Source of the DNA: Klebsormidium nitens
Taxonomy: Eukaryota; Plantae; Klebsormidiophyceae
Assembly (NCBI GenBank): GCA_000708835.1
Contig: DF237101.1
Coordinates: 62,001 to 126,000, forward strand
Length of the DNA: 64,000 nt
Direction of reading: 5' to 3'
In this document: piece by piece, positions 11,048 through 21,545 of the stretch
Layout: each line of letters opens with the position of its first letter
Numbering within the stretch: the stretch's first letter is position 1
Made by a program: the position numbers and the translations under genes
Notes under the pieces: generated by a model
Database searches by the model: none
Told to the model about the DNA's origin: nothing
The model's input: only the letters and a program-made list of their open reading frames with translations

Positions 11048-11161
11048 TGATGCAATTGATGCAAGATACATCATAATGATATATGATATTCTTTTGAATA
11101 AGAAGCTTCTTCCTCCATTATATATTCTGCTCTGATAAAAATAGCTGCATCAATTGCATCA
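11048..11161. repeat. Perfect 16-bp inverted repeat flanking an 82-nt AT-rich spacer
   Basis: TGATGCAATTGATGCA (11048-11063) and TGCATCAATTGCATCA (11146-11161). Confidence 0.9.
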
Positions 11162-11245
11162 TGCGCATCACACCCATTTTGCGTCTCTTTGTAAAAATCG
11201 TGGTTTTTCGGGCCAGAGCAGCACAACTATTGCATGGAACCAAGC

Positions 11246-14200
11246 GGGCCGTGCAACAATGAGCCCCTTTGAGGAGCCCATCCCCACATTGCAGGACGTG
11301 ATACCGTCTTTGTTTCTAGTATCGAATCTGTATCAGCTCACAGACAAGTCTCTTTAGCACAAAAAGTCAGCCTTGCAACAGCGCCCTCGCAATGGCGGCC
11401 GACCACGCCGCCGCCGCAATGGCAATGCCACGCTTTGCGTTGTCCACCCTCTTCAGCGTCGTGTTGAAACCACCAAGCAGCAAAGGTAGGATCACCATCA
11501 GGCTCTCCAACCCAGAGTACCAACCCAGAGACCGGAAGCCCTTCAGAAAGGAGTTGACCGACTCCACTGCCGACGTGTTGACCCAATGCAACGCGTCATA
11601 GGCGTCAGCGGAATTCGACGGCCCGCACTTGTGCACCTCCTGTCCGGCCTTCGAGAAGTGAAACCTGCACACAAGACAGAGTGTACATAGGAGGTCATGC
11701 GGCGCAACAAGCCTCGTTTTGCCTGCAGACATTGTAGTTTGAAAGTTGATGTATACGTTTTTTAAAGCAATCCACCAATTCCCATTGCTGGATCAGCATG
11801 TATGTACCCACAACACCTCCAGTTCTATGAACGGGAGACGGAATAGAGCTAAGCACAACACACGTTGCCAAATGAGCTCGGATGTACACTCACCTGTCGA
11901 CCACGAAGCGCACGTCCCTGAAGAACGCCGGGGCTCGGCGCATCGAGTAGTTGCGCAGCGCACATGCGTTGTCATGGACCAAGACCTCCGGCAAGTCCTC
12001 TCGTCTCAGCCGAGTGTAGAGCACCGTAAATGCGTCCCGAAGGCTCTCTCCGCGCAGCATGATGTGAAAACCGTAGATGACTCGGTGCGAGCAGCAAAAA
12101 ACAAAGGCCCCTCGACACCTCTTCGGCCGCTTGCTCTTGCTCCCTTTCTTTCCCGACAGCTTTCCGGCCCCCTTCACTAGCCCCGGCACGTGCTCGGCGT
12201 CCCATTCGGTCATCGACTTCCCCGTCGCGCACTTGAACTCCTCCGACGTTCGGCTGCGGCCGTCAGGATGCTCGAAATTGCTGTAGTATGGCAAGCCCCG
12301 TTTCTGCTCCCACCCTGGGAGGGAGTAGCACGCCAATGTATCTTGCTCTTCTCGAAAGCTGTGCCCAACCGGCAGCGGCTGCAGATCCCCCCCGTTCTCA
12401 TCCTTCCCCAGCCGCTCTCTCAAGAGCAGCCGCTCGGCTGCGCTCATCCGACCCCACTGCTCAGAGCTCGGCTTCAATTTCTCGACCCCTCGGAGCAGCT
12501 CGTTTGCCAAACCTCGAGCATCGTCCAGCTGCCGCCGCTCCTCGATTGACAGAGGCCTCGCTTTCGCCTCTCGCAGCAGAGTGACCGCACGGTCAAACGG
12601 CTGGATGGCTTCATGAATCCATCCCAAACGCCCCTCGCCCTCGAATCCAGCTGCGCCCCTCGAAAGAAGGGCCAGCAAGTACAGCTCGTGCAGAGTTCGG
12701 AAGAAGAAGGTGGGAAAGCTGGAGCCTCCATAAGCGTCCAAGAGGCGCCGAAGGATGGGCGCATCCCTCGCAAGGTCCCGACGGTCCTCGAGGGTCGCCT
12801 CTCCTCCTAACAAGAGCCTTTTGACCACGTGCAGCGCGCCACTACCAATCAGGTCCTCGTCCGCGTCGTGAGCTCCGAGCGAATAGAGCAGCTCGGTCCA
12901 TTCCCCGACCCAGCTCTCCCAAAGGTTTGGGTTCCTACCCCGCCGTTGAAAGTCGGCTTGGATGCCCGTGAGGAGCTCGAAAACGGCCAGGTTGCGGTCG
13001 CGGACCATGGTCTGCTGCTCCACCAAGAGGCGCCTCCTGCCATCCTCCGGAAGCGGGCCCTCGGCCTCCCCTGGTCCGAATCGCTTCACGATCCGAGCGT
13101 CCTCATGCGCCAACCCGTCCAGAAGACCCTCGAACTCCACCCTTGAGAGGCGCTGGCCGAGCTTCTCGTCTTTCGGCCGGTTTTGAGAGAGGCGCGCAAT
13201 CGCCTCTCGCAGCTCCGGCTGGAGCAGCAGCTTGCGCTTTAGGCCGCCCCCTTCGAGACCGGCGCCGCAGTAGTCGCGGCCAGAGATTGAGCGCTTCTCG
13301 AAAAGCTGCCCAGCCGAGTCTCTGCTTGGATGGGTGAAGGTGCGCCGCGCGTCAAGGGTCGAGCTTCCAAGGCCGCCCGGCTTTCTCGCGCCGTCGGAGC
13401 TTGCTAGCCCCACGATGCCATCGCAGAGTAATACCTGAACGGGGCGAATGTTCAACTTCGTTCAATGTTCATCGTTCAATGTACCCTTGATGCCATTGTT
13501 CGAACATTCTAGCTATCCTCGGATGTACACTAAGCTCTCCGTGCTTGTTGTTCTGAGAGATGGTCAGTGTCAGTGGCAGTGCACAACTTCGTCGTTCACA
13601 AAATCAAACAGACCGCAAAGACACGAGGGCCATAAGATGTCTTTCTTCTTTCTCTCGTCTCTCGCTTGAGCAGATTACCGATGCTACTCACCCTTGGATG
13701 CGGTCCGCAGATGGAGCAGCAGTCTCGGATGCCAAGCCCAACTAGCTTGAAGAAGTCGAGGCTCGCTCTTCTCCAAGTCTCCTCGCTCGGCACGACGGCA
13801 TCAGGAGAGCGCTGGAAGGCCGCGTGGTCGCGTGCAAGCTCGGCCTTGAAAGAGTGCCCGTGCTGCATCCCTCGCAGGAGCAGCTGGAGGCTCTCCTGGA
13901 CGAAGATCGTTCTGCGGTTCCAGGCGTACAGGCCCAAGTGCTCGCCGTCAAAGTGGATGGCGTGCGCCTCGTCTTGGCACTGGCAGTGATAGACGCGTGT
14001 TCGCACCCCCTGGCTCCAAGACGCTGCAGTGACGGAGGCCTCTACCCACGCCTCCACCCAAGAACCGCCGCACCGAGGAGGGCTCAAGGGTCAGGGAGCG
14101 CTCAAGAGACCCTTCTCCGAGAGCTCCTCAAAGTGGCAATCTCGCAGCTTGCTCACGCGAACGGGGCGCTCAAGCGAGGTCACCAACGGATCATGGAAGT

Positions 14201-17126
14201 TGAGGGCATCGCTCAGCCTCGCAAGCTTGGGCTTTGTGACTTGGGTTGCCTCCGTATTGAGCAGCTGGACAGGGGCGCAAACCGTTGAGCTCTCCCCGTG
14301 CTGGCAGCCACCGTCCGCCAAGGAGGCCAAGCTGCATCTCGTGCACGCGTCTACCCAGCCCCGGATCGCCTCCTTGCCCCTCGCGTCCGCTGGCGGCCTC
14401 CCTTCCCAACCGACTGGCGCAGACGGCTGCACACTCTCTCTATGCGCTGCCCATGCCGTCTTGCTGCGCCTCGCTCTCTTTCGCGGAGGCACGTGCCCTC
14501 TAGAAGCCCGCTTCCTCTCTTGATCGACCCCCCCACTCTCTCCTTCGATGGCGCACGCGCCGGCATCCCGAACAACCGCTCATGCTGGCGGCAGAAGCAC
14601 GACTCGCCCGAGCACTTTGCCGGCTCATGTGGACGCTTCTCGAGTAAGCCAATAAGGTACTCCTCCTCCTCCCTCAGCGCGCTTTCGCCTTCCTGCCCCT
14701 CCGACAAACCTACCCCCGGGCTCTGAGGCATCACTCCATCCCATCGCTCGACCCAGCACAAAGCAGCCATCGACAGCGGTTGAGATGGCTCCATGATTAT
14801 CTGGTTGGCCACCGGGATGCCGCCGGCCTCGCTGAGCGCCCTTCTTGCCGCGGCTATGTGTGAGCATTCCGTCATTGAAGGGCAGCCATCATTCTTGCCT
14901 TGGCACCAGAGCCAAACCCCCTTCTTCTTGTCAAAGCCTTGGAAGACCATGCGCCTTCGCGGGCCGAGGGCCCCTTGGACATTCTCGGCAACTGCAAGGC
15001 AGCTCCCTCGATCGTCCGTAGCTACCCGCTCAACGCGCGCCCCTCTTCCAAGCATCTCGCGCGTGGGAAGCTCAGAGGTTGGTGCCCAGCTCTCGCTAAG
15101 GGCCGCTAGCGCCAACTTGTGAACGCAGGCGGCGTCCTCTGTAAGCCGCCCCCTGTTGCAGGTGCAGCAGAGCTTCCCCAACGTGTTCCACCAGACCGTC
15201 ACTGGTAGCCCATTGACTTTGTCCGGCTTCCCCAACGCCTTTGGTCGACCCTCCCCATTGTGGTCCCAAGGGCTAAGATACAATCTAAGCGGCCGCGGCG
15301 TTTCTGAGTCTGTGGGCAAGAACATGTGGACTGGTGCCTCCGGCGAGACCATCATTCGAAGATAGCGCACAGCTTGCGCCTTGATGCTCGTCGTTGGAGC
15401 GACCTCCTGCAGAGATGCAAGAAGGCAGCACGTCTCTCATTCTGACCTCTCTTTCATTCGGCAGCATTAGCAAGATAGAGCCTTCAGAATCCCAAGTCAT
15501 AAATAGATCAGCAACCTTGTAGCCCTCCACTTCACAACCACTCTCGAGCAACTTCCGGAGGACTGCATACTCACGGGATGTGCGTTGCCGTCTAGTCGCC
15601 CTCATGACATAGCAATGATGGCAGCGGGCACGAGCAGAGCAGAAGGGGCTTGCTACAGACATCTGATTTCTTCTGATGTTTGTAGAGAAATAATGGAGCT
15701 CACCTCAGAACTCTCTGCTGCCTCGCTCAGGCTAGCTCTCGGGCGCACTCCCTTTGCGATGCCGCGATCGCCTATCTGCGTTGCTGCCGTAGAAACGTGC
15801 CGCTCTCCTGGCATCGTCCGAGCGTTCTCTGACGCAGAAAGCTGAGCAGCTCGTCGCCGAGCTCCAATTCCTGCCTCCACGCCCCCTCTTTCGCCTCCCG
15901 CCGCAGAACAACTGCGTTCTGCAGGTCGCCCCTCTTGCTGCCGAGAATCATCATCGACAAACCATCAGCGCTTTCAGCGAGCTTGCCGACCATGTTGTTG
16001 ATGCAAGTCAGGCACACAATCTGTCTGCATTGCTTGCCCTTCGGGACTGCTGCGCTGACAACATAGCCCATCAGAATGCCCCGATCGCTCTTTCGGAATG
16101 CCAGCTTTAATTGCCCCTCCTTGGTCTTGGCCCAAATCTGGTGCAAACAAGTGAGGCACCGCACTGCAAAGCGCTCCTTGCAAGTCTGTACGTCAACCCT
16201 AATATCACCGCAAGCGATCCCCCTCACGCTACCTAGCTCTATGTGCTCGAGCCCACTGCTAAAATGCTGAGGACTAGGTCGAGACTCCATGGTTACCACC
16301 CTTTATTGCCCTACTCTTGGGGGGCGGCGCTCTCTAAGCCCCGCGGGCCTCCCCTCCTACCTGCTACGCCCCGGTCCGGTTTAACCGGCCCTCGAACTTG
16401 CCATTTTAGCCTACCACCTTCTCTCTAAGTTACTGAGCCCCGACCCTGGGCATTTGTGCCCGGTCGCTTGTCCCTAAGTTCCGACCGGTTCGACGCCGCG
16501 GTGGTCGTACTTTTTCAGAACCTTCCAGGGGGGGTGCTGAGGTGGCGTCCTCTCCGGTACATGCAACCTTCTTTACCGTCACGGCCGAATCCGGCACGGT
16601 TGTTAACGATCCATCCACCGTCCGATCTCTCACGATCGATCGTGGCCCTCACTTTTAGTCTCAACTTCATTTGGTACCCCCCCCAGCCTGGTATGCACCG
16701 GCGCTTCCTTTCGTCAATGAGAAACGGAAGTGGCCGTCATCACGCCTTCTTGGATATTCAGCCCATGTGCGCACTCTGGAACTGCCGACAGGTGGCCGCC
16801 GCTACCCTCGGCAAGCGCTCCAGGTGGCGCATTTCCTCACCGGGTTTTTTCGAGCCAAATGGAAGCAATTTTAGCATTGGTGATCACCGGGGCGTGCTTT
16901 TCGAAGCAGTCTTGTCAAATGAGCAGCGACGACGCCAGGCGGTGGGTTGAACGGGACGGCGACAAGACAGTCCGTTGCTTTTGAAAAGAGTCGCTTCTTT
17001 GAGCAATTTCTGGGCAGAAGAAAGGGACTTTAATACGCCCTCCCGTACTCGATGGGCGCGGTATTGCGTAACCCGGTTGGAATTTCACCAGGGTGATTGA
17101 GAAGAGTCCGGAAGAGGGCACGGCCC
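11246..17126 (-). mobile_element. KDZ-type DNA transposon with 9-bp TIRs and a 4-bp TSD
   Basis: GGGCCGTGC at 11246-11254 and GCACGGCCC at 17118-17126, flanked by AAGC at 11242-11245 and 17127-17130. The interval encloses the KDZ transposase, whose stop lies about 120 bp from the left end. Confidence 0.7.
11367..15407 (-). pseudogene. KDZ transposase with SWIM and Cys-cluster domains; disrupted
   Basis: SWIM-like CTCNRG...CVHKL and WCQG...CSHI motifs. CCSICGPHPR|VLLCDG is joined across intron 13435-13691. Also VHDNAC, VVDR|FHFS...H.C across intron 11665-11893, and NTSAVESVNS (D-D-E triad). There is an in-frame TGA at 14091-14093 and a frameshift at the C7 run 14528-14534. Upstream coding segments (15.4-16.3 kb) are not resolved. 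Confidence 0.85.
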
Positions 17127-17739
17127 AAGCGCTCACGTGATGTCCAATCTAGAATATCAGAAGGTGTCGTACGCGCGACATTGAATGCATGCAATCGCGA
17201 TCCTGTGGTTTGGAAGTTTGCGGGAAATTGACGTGGCGCTTTTGTCAGCACATGAACCAATCACAAGGGCCCAACTGTCAGAAATCTGCCGCAAGTCTGG
17301 GACAAACTTTTGACCTCGGAAGGATCCAAACCAATGTTGTCGTGCTCACGTGCAATTTTGGAATGTTCGCACTGGTCTGCCAGTTGCGACGACGAAGACA
17401 AGAAAGTCAGCAAGATCCAGCCAACTTGCTGACTGCCTGCTGACTGCCGACGCTCCCTTTGAACAGCTGAAGAGTCATTTTCCTCCTCCTTGCTTCCTCC
17501 TGATCATTAGTGACCGCAGTAGACCGTCGAGGGAGCGCGACCCTAGGACAAGGCATCTTTGTACCTAGTTTGGCGCGCAGGTTTGCTGTGGGCCAGCTTG
17601 CTTGTCCATTTGAGAAGAAGACTCGTGGGGTCTGAACGGGTTGACTCTTTTAGTTTCCTGCTTTAGCTCACGGCTGTGCTTTGCACCTGGAATGGCTCTT
17701 GAAAATCGTAGGTAATCTAGTCTGTCCAATAAAGCCAGA

Positions 17740-20364
17740 ATGAATACTCTGTGGGGGCCATACAAGCTCAGTGGGGCCACGTCGTTGAGAATCAAAGAGA
17801 GGATGGCAGCTCGACAACAGGACACTGATCTGGATCAGGGCAGCGGGAAGAGGATGCACCTATCTGTCCTCCCTACAATTGCAGAGCATGCGGGGACCGA
17901 TCTGTTGAGCAAGTCCCTGACGCAGGAGCTCAAGGCTGCAGAATGGAAGACTCCTGTGAGGCCCGCTTCTCCCAATAGCATCCTGGAAAGGGCGGAAAGC
18001 GACTCGCCCAGCTCCTCAGCAACGAGTGACAAGTCAGAGGATCTGGAAGTGGAGCAGCAGGATTCGGCAGAGGAGATGGAGGAGGTGGATCTCGTGTCTC
18101 CAACCTCGCCCTTGCCTGGGTTTGAGGCTCCATCAGCCAAGGCACAAGGTCAGTGATCTATCCGCTCCAGTTCCGAATGCACCACGTGCCATTGCCAACT
18201 TGCTGCGGTCAAAGGTCTCTGATGATGTCATCTCCTTGTGACTTAAATGTCAACAGTGGGCTTCCCAAGACTGCTTGACTGGATTTTGCAATAGAACACG
18301 CTCTTTCGTGGAGTGTCCAGCCTTTGGGACACCCATTATGTAGTTGCATTTTGGTTGGGTTGCATAGATGATAGAGCCCATAAAGTCCATAAAGCACCAA
18401 ATGATGCAGCAGTTTGTCTAGTTGGTCGTTTGAGCACCAGGTTTCTTTGTTTGGATTCAAGATTTGTCGTTTGGTTGCTTGTGGTCAGCTCTTGCTTAGC
18501 TTCTTGCTGGAGATGGCTTGCATGTGTGGTGTCATATGCTTTTGTCAGTCACTTGGCTGTCTTGCAGCAATGATGGTCAACCCTGGGTTTCCATATCATT
18601 TGTGGTCAGATCCGTCGACCGAGGAGTTGTTATTTGATAGAGGAAATTCTGATCTGAATTCCTGCATTCAAGGACCATCCATGGAGGCTGCAAAGCCACC
18701 ACACTGATGAGCAGTGCCGAGTGGCACCTGTCAAATGCACCAACTTGAACGGTTGAATGCAACAATCCAGGGTTTGCCTGAGGTGTGCACTTTTCCTGAT
18801 GGATGGGTGTCATGGCAGTGTCGAGATCAGGGTTTGCATGATCTCCAATTGAGTTGCATACTGCGATGCTGCAGCTACTGTCAGACTGGTCTTCTCCGTT
18901 GGGATAAGAGAATGCAGTCCACAAGCTGGGTTATCCTCTTAGGCCGTCACAGGACTTGTGTGGAACGGCATGCATGGTCAATGATTTGCTACAAGCGAGG
19001 TGTCTCATGATCATGCACATTGAGCTTGAGGTTGACTCTTAACTAGCTGATGTTAACCTTGAACTCATTCTTCCTAAAGCACATGTTTTGCTCTAATGCA
19101 AAGTATGCCAGCCTTTTCTTCTCCAATCTTCTCCAAGCTTGATTGATTGTGTGGTCTTTCAAGGGTTCAAACCCTCCTTTTCCTCGGTTTGATTGGGTTG
19201 CTCTACTACTGGATGTACTTCCATCATTCTAAAACAGCTCTGTCAACTAGCTCTGAAATCAACCCTAGTCAGAACCACAGCTATCATGCAAACCTTGCCT
19301 CTAGCCACAAATTTGTTCCTGACGCTGTTGCTCATTCTCATTCTGCAGCCAAGTCGCCGATCTGGTGCCCTGCTCCGGTCTCCGTCCGCCCTTTCTGCCC
19401 TGAGTTTTGGTCCTCTTTCTCTTCCCCGACAAAGCCGTCCCCCTCTGTCTGGGCCTCACTGGATTCCCCTAGCTCCCAGCCAGCTGGCATATGGACAACC
19501 CTACCCAGCCCCAAGCAAGAAAAACTTGCTGAGCGCAGTGCCTCTCCAGAGCCTCTACCCCTGTCCCCTATCAGCTCTCCCAGCTCTCCCCCCCCCCCAA
19601 CATTCTCAGCCAGCATCTACACCTCGGTGCCGAACAACGCACCGATCAGCCGCAGCATGCAGGCCGGGCGCGTCCCTGTCCTCGAGCGGGAGTTCTCATT
19701 CAAGCTGGGGGTCACAGCGGCAGAGCCCCTCCCAGCGGCGTCTGCCAAGCACTTTACGCGGTCCCTTTCCCTGGGGGCGGCAGAGGCTGTGAGAGCGCAC
19801 CCCCTGGCTGCCGTAAAAGCTAAGCAGGCATTGCATTCGGACGCGAACCGGCGTCCCGCATCCGCTGAGAGGGCACTGGGAAAGCTCTCCTCCTCTTTGC
19901 CCAGCCCCAACTTTTTCCCTTCCAATAGGAAGCCCCCATCCCCTGGTACTAGCCCGGTGGTTTCTCCCCGCAGCCAGGGGGGCAGTTTTTCCCAGGGAGG
20001 CCCCCCCCCCAGGAAGCACCAGTGGTGCTGGCGTTGTGGCCAGAGGGGGGACCTGGCGACCACATGCCTGGTTTGCACTGGGGACTTTGCAGTTTGCGGG
20101 GGGTGCGCTCACGAGAGGGCCGCAAAGGGGCGGCGCCCGGACACGTGTCTCTGCGGGGGTTGCATGAGCAGACCCATCGACCCCGCCGTGATCGAGCGGA
20201 TCCAGAGGATGAGCCGGAGTAGTTCATTTGTGGGGAAGCAGACTGGGTTGGGGGGACCCCCCAATGGCAGCGGCCAGCGAGGGGGGGGTGCGCTTATACC
20301 GGCGCAGCACGCGGGGGGAGCGCTTATACCTGCACAGCATGCGGGAGGCGTTCGGAGCCGGTGA
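17740..20364 (+). CDS. Ser/Pro-rich protein with a C-terminal Cys-rich putative zinc-binding module, function unknown
   Basis: Exon 17740-18148 joins exon 19349-20364 in phase 1 (CAA G|CC AAG). Contains WCWRCGQRGDLATTCLVCTGDFAVCGGCAHE...CLCGGC. The start and any internal exons are uncertain. Confidence 0.55.
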
Positions 20365-21545
20365 CCATGCAGGGCCGTGTGTCGGACTGCTGGGATGCAG
20401 CCGGCCACACGGGGGCCCGTTTTGTACACTAGAGTTTTAGGGTTGTACATGTGTAGTCTGAGACTCTGAATTGTTGCACGATACCTTTGTCTTGGTGATA
20501 TAGGCCACTATACCCTTGTCTTGGTGATTTAGGCCATTAGTTGTTGTCCGACAGTCACGTGGTTGCGCCGAAATGGAGCTGTGGAGAGGCCCTTGGTCTA
20601 GGTGGATGTTGTACATTCGTTGTAGGTTCACTGTACCATAGAAAAGTGCGGGAGAGGTGTCTTGAGTTGCATGGACCCCAGCAAAGAGTTGCTTAAGGAA
20701 GTAGTTGAGCAATTCATTCTTTGGGGAGGGGGTTAATGTGATGCATTGTTGGGATCAAACAACGAAAGGAGTCGAAGCGAAGTTGTACTCCTCTGGAGGT
20801 TTGTGGAAAGTCTTACATCTGGACAAGCATGGCAGATGGTGACTAAAATCTTTGCACTTCGTGTGCAACAAGTGGGAGGGGGAGGTTTGTCTAATTTCAA
20901 CGCGCTCGACCATTCTCTCTTATCTTGCGACTTCTGGAATGCATGCACGTATTGCATGATACATATACCCTCCACTCGTGCTCGTGTGCATCTGGTGTGC
21001 TGATATGCATTATCATTGTGTGCGAATTTTGTTGGCAAATACGGTACATTCCATGATCGACGTTGATGTCTGCTCGGTTCAGTCGTATACTGGTAGCTCA
21101 GTATGCAGTAGCTCAAATCTCGGCTTCCTCTGGTTAGCTCAACTGTACCTGAGCGCTGCGAGTGTCCTAGAGCCGTTGACATGCTTGTGTACGTCATGGT
21201 GCTCTTGATCATGTCAGACGGATTATGTGCGCAACTGGTTGTCTACAGACAAATTTCAAACGACATCATGCGTCACTTTGCATGCAGCATGCCGTGCAGG
21301 CCATGCCCCTCCTGACATCACATGCAAAGCCCGAATTGAAACATTCTTTGAGCTCAAGTCGCATTACGCTGCGCCTCATATTGCCTGGCGGGACCATGTT
21401 GCCGAACATCGATAGGTCAACATTCCATGCAGAAAGAGGAAACGTCCTCTTCTGCCAGGCAGTAGAGAAATGCTCAGACGCGCTGTCCAACCTACTGACA
21501 ACAGACGGGTAAGGTTGGTGACCCAGCAATTCAAAGCGCCCCCTT

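Larger units (their letters stand above)
1..11161. mobile_element. Endogenous virus-like element (Polinton-like-virus/virophage-type gene set: tyrosine recombinase + primase-SF3 helicases); left end lies outside the window
   Basis: Dense cluster of mostly intron-poor ORFs: two D5-like helicases, a Prim-Pol domain, a tyrosine recombinase and small basic ORFs, plus a tandem array and an inverted repeat near the right end. The right boundary is inferred. No capsid or packaging ATPase is seen in the window. Confidence 0.7.
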
